Shown: positions 27,079 through 37,533 of the stretch, in pieces
How the letters are laid out: every line of letters begins with the position of its first letter
How positions within the stretch are numbered: the first letter of the stretch is position 1
Assembly (NCBI GenBank): GCA_032718475.1
Contig: JAUCBJ010008699.1
Coordinates: 3,448-67,447 of the forward strand
Origin: Nemertoderma westbladi
Lineage: Eukaryota > Animalia > Xenacoelomorpha
DNA: 64,000 nucleotides
Direction of reading: 5' to 3'
Translations under genes and position numbers: made by a program
The notes under the pieces: model-generated
What the model was told of the DNA's origin: nothing
The model's database searches: none
What the model saw: the letters and a program-made list of their open reading frames with translations, nothing else

Positions 27079-30000
27079 CTATCTGTTGGGGATGATAATG
27101 GGTTTTGGTGGGATGATAAGGCTGTTGTTACTCAGCACTCTGGAATTCATCACCAGAATCCCGTCATCATTGAGTTGTGGTGACAGCGTGATGAGCTCGC
27201 TGTCCCGACGAAGGTGTTGTGGTTTGCTGACCCGATCCACTTCGTCGCCATAGTTCTTTCTCTGTTCGTACCGTATCACGGGCTTAGCCGCTCCCTCCAG
27301 ATCGATGTTTAGTTTCCTCTTGGCGTCCTTGCCAACTCCCTTGAGGAAATTCCCGTAGGCCCTCCAGTACGCCACCAACTTCTTGGTCTTGTACCAACTG
27401 GAGCTGTAGCTAAGTAGCCTATCTGTCGGGTTGTCGCATGGCTCTTCTAATTTCGGTTGCACCTCCCTGACTTCCCTAACCATCTGACTATATATCTCTT
27501 CTCCCTTTGAGTCTTCTTCCTCTCCCCCAGGTGCTACTTCCTCTGAAACCGGGTCCACCTTCTTCATTGGTGGCCAGGCCGATCTATCGTTCAGGAAGTG
27601 TGGCCCGTGTTGCCACAATACTTCCTTCTTTAAGAAAGTGTGGCGTGCCATGCCCCTCGATAACAAGTCTGCTGGGTTCTCGTCCGTTGGGCAGTAGTGC
27701 CACCTTTCCAAGTCTGTCGTCGCCCTTAATTCGTCCACCCTATTCGCGACGAATATAGGGTATCTCGTCTTCTCGTTGTGCAGCCACCCGAGCACTACCA
27801 TGGAGTCCATCCAGTAGTGTGTTTCCACTATGTTGGGGATAGTGTCCATCAAGTAGGCTGTGTCCCTTACTCTTAATCTTGCAGCTGTCAACTCGAGTTT
27901 CGGGACCGATGCTGAATCTGGCGGCGTCGACTTTGCTTTGCTGAATGCAAGTCTGGGCTTATGAGCCCCCTTTCGTTGTACTAGGTAGAGTGCCGCTCCG
28001 TATGCTTCCAGTGATGCATCGGAGAACATGTGTAGGTCCAGATCCGTCATGTCCCCATCCGGGAAATACACGCGTGGCATGCTGTACGTCCCCATCTGTT
28101 CTAAACTCCCTGTCCACTTACTCCATTGCTTGCTGATTTCTTCCAGGACCTCTGTATCCCACTCGTCCTTTAACTTATATACTTTCTTAAGTATCTGTTT
28201 CCCCGTGACTAACAGTGGGGTTGCTAGGCCTAAGGGATCGTATATCCTTGCTATGTACGATACATAGCCCCTCTTTGTGTGGATGTCCGCGCCCTCCTGG
28301 CTCAGTTGATACTTGAACTCGTCTGTCTCCCGGTTCCACACGATCCCCAGTGCCTTCTGCTGAGACTCCGCTCTCTTGCTCGCCATGTCCTGTCCCTTGG
28401 CTGTTGTGGGGTTATCCATGGTCGACTCTGGTCGTCTGTCTTCTATGGCTTTCATAAACTCCTCTGAGCTGGATTGGAACTTGGTCAGGTTAAACCCGGA
28501 TCCCTTCAGGGTGTCGCGAACCTCGCGCCCCGTATCCAGTAATTCTTTAACCGTGTTTCCAGACTCCATTCCATCGTCTACGTAGAAGCCGCGTCGAATC
28601 ATATCGACCGCTTTGGCGCTATACTTCCCTTCTTTCCCCTCTACTGTATCTCTTACAGCCACAGTCGTCGTGAATGAGGATGACTTGGCCCCCATATTCT
28701 GCACCACCATCTTGTACATTGGTATTGTTGGCAGTTCCTCATCGCCGTTGTACCATAGGAAGCGCTGGCTGTCGCTATCATCCTCCGTCACACGGACTTG
28801 GTTGAACATGCCTTCAATATCACAGGTGAAGGCGTGTCTCCCATTTCTAAATCTCAGTAGGACCTCGATTCCCGAGTTATAGATATTGGGGCCCTCCAGC
28901 AGATAGTCGTTTAGGCACTTGCCGCTGGTTTTAGCCGATGCGTCAACTACCATCCGCAATTTGCCTTTCTTTGGATCTAAAGCCACATGAAGTGGCAGGT
29001 AGTAGGTCCTGTCCGTGTTTGGTTCGTCGACCGGCAACTCCACGGCCCATCCTTTCTCGACGTACTTGTTTATCGTCTTATGGATGTACTCATCCTTTTC
29101 GGGGCTCCGTTTCAGCGTTTGCTTCAGTTTGCGAAGCCTCGTGAGTACCATCCTCTTGTTGTCAGGCAACGGTAGCTTCGGCTGTTTCCACACCATGCCT
29201 ATGGTGTACCGTCCCTCCTCGCATCTCATCAACTCCTTCATACTTTGTACCACTTGTTTATCCTCTACCGAGGTTCCGACCCCGGTCTCCTTTAGTCCCT
29301 CAAAGTCCTGTCTCAGCAGTCTCCTAAGCTGCTCCTCCGCTCCTTCATCTTCCATCTCCCTCATAGTTCCCGCGAACATGCACCCTGATGTCTCCGACAT
29401 CCTAAACGGAATCTTGGTTTTAATTGGGCCGTTTAGCGTCCACCCGAATGGTGTTAGAATTGCCATCGGGTCACGCTGTCTGTCTTCGCCGAAGACCGTT
29501 TGCATTCTCTCGTGGGCCGTGGGGCAATCCATTCCCACTATGATGGATACCTTCCTGACGTCCACCTCCGGTATCGAGAAATCGATGTTGTCCAGGAATT
29601 TGTATTGTTCGACCTCAATGTTGGTTGGTCGCCTGGCGTTGATGTTGATCGATTCTATTACCTGGATGGGGTTGATGGTCGCCCCATAATCGCATCCCGG
29701 TGCTATCTCGCACCGTCCCGTCCTCATCTCCAGGACCTCATCTTTGCTGGAGATGGTTGTTACCGCCATCCTACTTGGCCTCGTCTTTAGTCCTATCTCT
29801 TCGGCCACCCAATTCTCCACCAATGTGAAGGCTGCTCCACTGTTGATCAGCATCAACGTGGTTACTGATCGACCTCCTTCCCCTATCACCCTCACTGGTA
29901 CTACCCCGAGTAGTACCGTTCCTCTTTTCTTCGCCCCTATGGTGCTTGTCACCATTGTTTGACCTTTGCCTTGACCGAATCTTACTGGTGTCTCCTTACA

Positions 30001-30108
30001 CTCTTCAACCTTGTGTCCCCCTATCACATATCGGTGACAAATTCCATTCTTATCCGCATAGGCTTTCCGATCTTGTTCGGGTAATGCCTGCCAATGCTTA
30101 CAGTCCAT
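27079..30108 (-). pseudogene. BEL/Pao pol: aspartic protease, reverse transcriptase, RNase H
   Basis: LINSGA (protease D changed to N), YYLPLH..KLRMVVDAS, DIEGMFNQV, FYVDD, IYDPLG, FSDAS..AYGA, PKLEL, WMDS..VLGW, NPADLLSRG. Confidence 0.92.
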
Positions 30109-30112
30109 GGTC

Positions 30113-31342
30113 TTATGGGTTCTGTCTATGCAACTGACATTTGTATTCTGGGTTGTAACGTTCCCTATATAACCTTACACGTATTGCGCGTAGGTTTACG
30201 TCTACCGGTCTAGTGTTTTGGATATTTGAGTTTGGCCTACTGGGTATGTTGGGATTATATTTGTTCGTGTTGTTATTTGGACCCTGTTCGTGCCACAGTC
30301 TGGCCCCACTTCCAGCTATCTGTGGACTTGCAGTCCCCTGTGTCGCTGCGTATGATAGGGATTGTCTTAATTTTGGCAACGCATTTGCCGCGTTATGCTC
30401 TGGTTTCGGCCTGTTGTATTCAGCCCTCGGCGCCTTCCCCAGACTATCCTCGCTGTAGACTGGGTCCGTGATTAACTCTGCTTTGTAGTTGAGGAAGTTC
30501 GACATTTCCTCTAAGCCCAGTTCCGCACCTTTCTTCTCCCGGGTGGAGAAGGCGATCTTTCTCCATTTATTGCGCAGCCAGATTGGCAGTGTCTGCGCTA
30601 TTGTGGTGATATTATTAGATGCGTTGAGTTCGTATGGCGCGTCTAGCGTTTTCAGCACGATTAACGCCTTTTCGACCTTGGTCGCGAAGGTCTTTATGCT
30701 AACAGGGTTATCCTGTAGGCCACCTGATGTTATCCCCCTTAGGGTCTGCCAGATGATCTTGGCTGGGTGTCCGTATTCCCTGTCTAGGGCCCGCCATGCA
30801 GTCGTGAAGCCACCCTCGATGCCCTGATACTGCCTCACGATGTCGTACGCTGGGCCTCCTGTATATACTTGTAGATATTTTAGGCACTCCGCCTGCGTCA
30901 GGTTCTTAGTTAATATCTCGTTGCTGTATATGCGCCGAAATTGCAGGTATTCTTCTGGCCTACTTCCGTCGAATTTAAATGGCTCTACGGGTGGTAGCTC
31001 GATTCTGGTCTTGAGCACATCGATTAGTGTAGCCATTCCCATTGCCTGTGCTTCCAATGGGTTCGAGGGATGCTGTATAGATTCTCCCGTCAGGTGCAGC
31101 CCGCCCGTCCGGCCTGTTGTCTTCCGTTGCGTCGGATATACCATTGGGGGTAACGGCCCCCTCCATATTTGCGTGTCGCAAGATCTGTTCTCGTCCAGGG
31201 GGTTCGATGTTCTTATTTCTGTTTGAGTGTACTGTTGATATTGTAATGGGGGCATGTCACCGTGTCCCCCCCCCCCCCCCCCCACCCCCACCGATGGTAT
31301 GTTTGGTACTGGGGTTGATTTTAATATATTGGGGAAGCCCAA
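30113..31342 (-). pseudogene. BEL/Pao gag, 5'-deleted and frameshifted from pol
   Basis: LPPVEPFKFDGS.PEEY..F, KYL..YTGGPA, AW.ALDREYGHP Pao gag motifs. One extra base near 30117 breaks CQLHRQNHKTMDC. Confidence 0.85.
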
Positions 31343-31348
31343 TATATA

Positions 31349-31559
31349 CCCCCTGCTGTTGGCCGCTGCTGGTTGTTTCCTCTCCCGAGGTGATTTGACC
31401 TCTAACCTCCCTTTGTGTGGCTTTGGGGTTTGTGTTGTCCCCGGTTATTGGTTGTGATATGAGATTGGTTGTCGACAATCTCGTATCTCCAATATTGCTG
31501 AAAAGGGTGCCACTGCCTAACTTTGTGAAGGTAGTGCGGCGGAATTGAATCCGCATACA
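31349..31559 (-). repeat. 5' LTR of BEL/Pao element, truncated (~210 bp)
   Basis: High-identity direct repeat of 24010..24221; fused directly to gag sequence, no PBS seen. Confidence 0.88.
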
Positions 31560-31564
31560 GATTT

Positions 31565-31673
31565 CTATTTTTAGAATTACCAATAATTAGTTTTATATAT
31601 TACTTTCTAAATAAGGTCATTGACTTTCACCTCGCTATATTTAGCCCTAGGGTATAGCTCCCTTACTGGTAAC
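31565..31673 (+). repeat. left TIR, inner segment (continues across the BEL insertion)
   Basis: Reverse complement of 33736..33848 (CCTCGCTATATTTAGCCCTAGGGTATAGCT..CCCTTACTGGTAAC). Confidence 0.9.
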
Positions 31674-31814
31674 CAGTGGCGGAGATCTGTATTTGGGAGT
31701 GGTGGGTAAATAACTAATTTTCCAACAACATTTAATAATAAATATTATAACAACAACAACAACAATAGTTATAGATAAAACAAGAAAAGTTTTTATTTAA
31801 TAAGACTATTTATA

Positions 31815-33203
31815 TTAATAGAGAAGTTGGTCTCTAGGAATAATGTTTGGTTTTACCCTTTTAGTGTCCACTACTATTGGCGTTTGCAATAATTTTTGCT
31901 TTAATAGCTTGTTGAGATATCCATTTCTTGGGGGGTGAAATAGGTTGAGATGTGTTTGTTGCAGGTTATAGATAAAGGCTGCACTATTGTTATTTATTAG
32001 ATATTGTTGGTGATTGGGAATCATAATCTGCTTTGGTTCGAAAGCAAATTGTATAGCCATAGCCTAGAATCTGATTAGAGCTTTGCGCGCTCGAATGATG
32101 TTAGCTATAGTAAAGGGTTCGTTAAATTTTCTCTCGGTTATCTGCATGTCGCGTTTTGAACCGCATCCACTGTAACTTTGTACCGATATCTGTTCGGAAA
32201 TGTTTTCTTGGCAGGCACTAAGTTCTTTGTAACAGTTACAATCACTATCCTCGATGGTTGAATCGAACCATTTCAATTTGGCTACCTCGGTTGGTGTAAG
32301 TAGAATCGTGTCCCGAGACGAAACAATGGGCTTTCCATTGTCGACCTCGTAACCACTGGTGATCGCTAAATTACGCTCATTCTGAATATTTGTAACACCC
32401 AATCGCCTGGTTTTAAGACAAAGTGACTAATGGGATTAATAAAAGGGCGAAAGATGTTTACATAATGTTGAAATAAATTGGCGCAGGCAATGGAAAAGGT
32501 GATCCAAAAACCGTTTACAGTGTCTTCCAACTTTATTAATTCGAGTGGTTTCACTGGGTTAACACTTCCGTAGGTGCCAACTCTATAATTGAACCCAAAG
32601 TAATAAGAGACTTTATTAGCATAAAAGCAGGTGAGCTTATTCAATTTCTTGCCGAAAGCGAGAACATCCTTGGCGAAAAGTTTAAAGAAACGAGTCTCCT
32701 CTTCCTCGGTTGGAGTCGAGGAGTTCCAGATGAGAAGAAGAATCGAGCGATATTATGAAAATTGAATAAAAGGTCGTCGGAGAAGAAGGATGTTACAAGA
32801 GTGGTTAAACCAAGTAAACGATTTGCGATGTCTTGGTTGATGTTTTCTCGAATAAAAACAACAATACTAGTTGGAATCGTAAACTTCTCGTGCGAAGTAG
32901 TTAGATTAAACGTTATTTTGTTACCCTTTTTAAAAAATTTGAAACCGTGGTTGGAGGAATGAAGTTTATTATCATCGAGAGTTTGATAGTGTCCATCGTG
33001 AAGTTCATAGCAGGCGCGGAAAATAAAGTGCATGTAGTTTGCCGGAATCGGAAGGGGTTGGTTTAAGGTTGTATTTATCATTATAATGGAAAGAGTTTGT
33101 TCACCGAATCGAAATAGAAGCCAAATGAGTTGTCTAGTAGCGTAAACTGATTCTCGCTGCAAACCAATTTGTTGGTTGAAAAGCTGATTTCTGAATGTGC
33201 CAT
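31815..33203 (-). pseudogene. unrecognised cargo gene of the Polinton-like element (~460 codons if about 3 frameshifts and 1 stop are repaired)
   Basis: Abutting or overlapping minus-strand ORF pieces: ATG at 33203, then 32641..33162, 32366..32644, 32064..32402 and 31815..32060 (last two in one frame, split by TAG). Upstream TATAATA (~33340) and TCATTC, downstream AATAAA (~31795). Confidence 0.55.
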
Positions 33204-33299
33204 TGTGAATGTGAATTGTGAATGTAACTCGTTTTAGGAAAGAAAGAAATAATTAAATATATACTTTTAAGAAAATAACTAAAAATTTTAAACACTAAA

Positions 33300-33345
33300 A
33301 TAGAGAATGAATGGGAATGCAATGAACGGGGGTTATTATAGAGGG
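33300..33345 (-). promoter_or_regulatory. putative TATA box and initiator for the cargo gene
   Basis: Minus strand CTCTATAATAACC followed ~25 nt later by TCATTC; CCAAT-like motif at 33363. Confidence 0.35.
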
Positions 33346-33735
33346 GGCTAGAAAGGGATTAGCCAATCAGGGCATGGGAGGGATATAGACAGCAAATCAG
33401 AGAGCAGCTTTGATGACGTTATAAGAGGCTAGTTATAGTTTGCCCAATGTTATTCAATTGCAACCATAATGGCGCCATTGAATAACGAAGGCAAAGGGAG
33501 GGCCGCAATAGAGTAATTAGTTATCAGTATGGGAGCTATATACCCTAGGGCTAAATATGGCTGAAAGTCTATGGCGAGGTCGTAGCCGGAGTGGCGCCAA
33601 AGATGAGGTCATTAAGCCTCGGGGTATAATATAAATAGGTTCAATACAATAGAGGACCCTACGCTGATTAGTATAGGATTATTAGAGTCTATTGGATTAG
33701 GGGCAGGGGCGCTTGGATATAGATAAGAATAATTA

Positions 33736-33856
33736 GTTACCAGTAAGGGAGCTAGCTATACCCTAGGGCTAAATATAGCGAGGTGAAAGTCAATGACCTC
33801 ATTTAGAAAGTAATATATAAAACTAATTATTGGTAATTCTAAAAATATAAATCAAT
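33736..33856 (-). repeat. right TIR, inner segment
   Basis: Inverted copy of 31560..31673; a partial direct copy of its core is also at 33531..33580. Confidence 0.9.
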
Positions 33857-35799
33857 GAGCTGAGGAACAAGATGTCATCCTAAAGCTTGATTTTAAGAAC
33901 GCTTTTAATACTTTGAGAAGGGATCACATTGCAGATTGTATTGCAGATAAAGCCCCCGAGCTTCTCCCATTTTATAGGTTATGTTATGGTAGAACGACCC
34001 TCCTCTCATTTGGTCAAGATCTGCTGCTTTCTGAGGAGGGTTTCCAACAGGGGGTTAGCTGTCTTTGGATTTTGCCTAGGACTCCACCCGAATCTTGACA
34101 AATTACAGACAATATTCAAAGCAGGTTATATTGATGACGTTACAGTTGGAGGAAACTGGGAAAAGGTACACTCCAATCTTTCATCTTTCAGAACAGCATG
34201 TAGCGATATAGGGCTATCTCTTAATGAGTCAAAATGTGAACTAACCATCATTGGGGACAAGTCAGGTGAGGAAAACCCAATCTTAACTTCATTCCAGAAG
34301 ATCTGTCCAGGAATCAAGTTGACTAGATCACAGGATTTAGAGCCACTTGGTGCCCCCATTGGCCCCGAAGCCCTCTCTAATGTCATCTCTAAGAAGTTGG
34401 ACAACCTCAGTCTGTTTCACAATCGTCTCCGTCTCCTTGACAACCATGACGCCTTTTTCCTACTCAAAAACTGTCTAGCCATACCCAAACTTACATACAT
34501 GCTCCGTCCATCACCAACTTTCAACGAACCCCATCTACTTAGCAAGATCGATAACAATATAAGGGAGTCTCTAGAAGAGATAACGAACGTTAAACTGGAA
34601 ACTGAAACCTTGGAGCAAGCAATCCTTCCTTGTCGACACGGTGGCCTCGGAATCCCTTCTGTGACAGATATTGCGCCTTGTGCATACCTCTCATCATTGC
34701 ATAAGAATGAATCGTTAATTAAAGAGATTTATCAGTCTCCTAGTGAGAACAAACACCATGGAGAAGCCATAGACTGTTGGAAAAGCATGATCCCAGAGGC
34801 GAATACTCCAGAAGATCCAAAGAGGCAGAGAAACTGGTTGGAACCAATAACAGTTTCACGGTTTGCCTCGCTCCTGGAAGTATCAGACAAAACATCAGCT
34901 GCACGCCTGAGAGGTTGCAAGGTCCAAGGATCTGGGGACTGGCTCAACACCTTGCCATCTCCCTCCCTTGGCCTGAAATTATCTAATGAAGATTTTGGAA
35001 TCGCTGTTGCTCTTCGGCTGGGCGCACAAGTTTGTATCCCGCACCCTTGCGTGTGTGGCGCTGCCGTAGACTCATCAGCTCACATGCTTTCACCTGCAAC
35101 CACATTAAGAGCCGCCATCAACATCACAGGCTCGGGAATGATGCAATTCATCGGGCACTTGCGTCTGCAGAGATTTCTAGCACGTTAGAACCTGTTGGAA
35201 TGTGTAGAAGTGATGGTAAGAGACCGGACGGGGCCACATTGCTCCCATGGGTGAGAGGCAAGCCTCTTATTTGGGACTTTACTTGCGTCCACCGCCAGGC
35301 TCCCTCTTACTCCCAAACAGCACTCCTAGATGGTCCTACTGTAGCAGACATGGCTGAAGATAGGAAACTAATGAAATATAGCGAACTCTCACGTAATTAT
35401 ATAATTCAACCTGTAGCTGTCGAATCACTGGGCGGTCTTGGTACCTCTACGATAGCATTCATCCGTGAGCTAGGGCACTGTATACAGAAGGTATCTGGCA
35501 ACAAAAAATCGATTGAACACCTCCGTCAACGTTTAGGGGTTTTTGTATCCAGGTCGGTAATGCTGCATGCGTCAAAGAGTCCTTTGCTGCACATTCCGAG
35601 TCTTTTAGAGAAATTTTATTTAAATAGTGTCAGAGGAATCTAGCGTAAAAGCTAACGGGTCTGGAAGTTATGATCAGGACAATGTTGAAGATCCACAATT
35701 AGAGTTTATCGAATAACATTATTTGTATTAAAATAATGGAACATTAATATTTATCTACGTATTGTATTATTACTCAACTATACAGTTCTCTATTTAATT
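33857..35799 (+). mobile_element. 5'-truncated CRE-like non-LTR retrotransposon (RT plus restriction-like endonuclease), frameshifted
   Basis: KLDFKNAFN, EGFQQG, YIDD, LGAPIG, LP.RHGGLGI, WL.TLP, CVCG..HAFTC knuckle, RPDG.TL.PW..GKPL.WDFT, E.RK..KY, PVAVESLG. 9-bp TSD TAAATCAAT at 33848-33856 and 35800-35808. Confidence 0.85.
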
Positions 35800-35808
35800 T
35801 AAATCAAT

Positions 35809-36218
35809 TAAATAAAGTAAAAGTAATACAATTAAATAAATTAAAATTAAATACAAATAAATAAGTACCAATAAATAAAAGAGCAGAGGTGTCACTTATG
35901 ACACCCGTTTGGGCCTCTAGGTGATGGTTAGACATCACTCATGACCCTTTGGGTGTTAGGGCACTACAGTAATCAGTCTGATTAATTAGGATAATCAATT
36001 AAAACCCTAATTAGACGTCGTAAGACATCTATTAGGGATTAAATGTACTAATTAATTGATGACACCCGTCAATTAGGGTCTAATTAGCCTAATTGGGAGA
36101 TTGTCACCCAGACAGTCTGGTGCCAATGACACCCAATGACACCCTAGGTGTCACATTCATAAGTGATGAGTCATGAGTGGGGTCTAAGTGTCACCGAACC
36201 ACCCAAACACCTACTAAT
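35809..36218 (-). repeat. right TIR, outer segment
   Basis: Reverse complement of 23221..23620. Confidence 0.9.
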
Positions 36219-36564
36219 TTCGGGTTACCTCCTGTGCACATTCAACTGGAGAACAAGTTGTTTTTAAACTTTTACTTTCCTAAATTCTAAATATTGATAG
36301 GGCCTATAGCATCTACATAATTATTAATTTATTATTTAATTATTAATTCATTATTTCAATAATTTATTTTGTATTTTATTTCAAAAACGTTAATAAATGA
36401 ATTATTTCGACTTCTCATCGTCTTCTAAAAATAATAATAAAATAATCCGGCTGGATATCGGTTAATAATTCCACCCAAACAGATAGGATATCCGGATATA
36501 ATATTACATATTGAGTAGAGAACAGATAGGCCAGCAACTGAACGGGTGTGATTATTTGTCGCAG

Positions 36565-37084
36565 GTACGCGCGCTCCGCTATAGATCCGTTGCTAGACGA
36601 CCAGGCGGCCCAGCTGCTGGTCCAGAAGTATGTTGAGATGCGTAAAGCGGGCGCCGGTCGAGGTCAGGTGTCCGCATATCCAAGGCAACTGGAGTCCCTG
36701 ATCCGACTGTCGGAGGCCCACGCGCGGATGCGGTTGAGCGGCTCGGTGGAGGTCTGCGACGTGGAGGAGGCCCACCGGTTGCACCGGGAGGCCTTGAAGC
36801 AGTCGGCGGTGGACCCGGTCACCGGAATAGTCGATATCAACATCCTCACCACCGGAATGACAGTGACGGCTCGCAAGGCCCAGGGGGTGCTCGCCCGCGA
36901 GGTGCTGGCAGTCCTCAAGGAGTGCAGACACACGGTGGTGTCGCGGAAAGACGCCTTCAAGTTGCTCAACGAGAAAACCGAGCGAACCAATCAGAAGGCG
37001 ATGTTTGAGGAAGCCTTGAGGATCCTTCAGGACGATGACCATATCATTATGAGTAACCAGAACATTCGTATTCTTAGTAAATAG
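36565..37084 (+). CDS. MCM4: MCM4 exon 4 (sensor 2 and C-terminal winged-helix region)
   Basis: Acceptor TTGTCGCAG at 36564 with phase matching exon 3. AYPRQLESLIRLSEAHA, EALKQSAVDP.TG.VDI.ILTTG; TAG at 37082-37084. Confidence 0.95.
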
Positions 37085-37527
37085 TCTTCATTAATCCACA
37101 GTGGGGGTCAGTCGATATCAGTTGGATGACGTCACCATGTAGTCAGGGAGACGGGTATTAGATTGTCTACCAATCGCCAATAATGCTAATATCAATAATG
37201 CAATGAATAATACAGTGAATTTTATGTGAAATAATTCTATTTGTTGTTGATTTTCTATATAAAGTAGAATGCAGGTTTAATCGTAGTTGAGCGCGACTAT
37301 AAACTCGATATTATTATTATTGGCACCGCCGAATCGATTGTCGTTGTCACTGAAACTGCCTTTACTCTATACAATATTACTGTGTCTCGTTATATTTACT
37401 ATAATTCAACGTTATTGTTATGTTATAATATTGTGTAGACGTACAGTAGGTATAATATCTGTTATAGTTTATAACCATTAGTTGTAGATAACAGTGCAAT
37501 CCATTCTCACAAGTATAAACTCAATGC

Positions 37528-37533
37528 AATAAA
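37528..37533 (+). terminator. candidate MCM4 polyadenylation signal
   Basis: AATAAA ~445 nt after the stop, followed by GT/T-rich sequence; retained in the duplicate near 54995. Confidence 0.4.

Larger units (their letters stand above)
23628..31559 (-). mobile_element. BEL/Pao LTR retrotransposon, defective
   Basis: TG...CA termini and 5-bp TSD GATTT (23623-23627, 31560-31564). Domain order gag-PR-RT-RNaseH-IN with Pao-type motifs. Polypurine tract at 24222-24231 abuts the 3' LTR. Confidence 0.92.
23221..36218. mobile_element. Polinton/Maverick-like element, non-autonomous (~3.1 kb core) with two nested retroelements
   Basis: Starts AGTAGTAGGTGTTTGGG and ends CCCAAACACCTACTAAT (one mismatch from ACTACT). 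6-bp TSD TTCGGG at 23215-23220 and 36219-36224. Long TIRs. A single TTCGGG marks the empty paralogous site at 54116-54121. Confidence 0.82.

Noticed and set aside
30100-30130. Programmed gag-pol frameshift, or stop readthrough at 27079
   Set aside because: BEL/Pao elements normally have one ORF, no slippery site is evident, and other lesions show the element is decayed.
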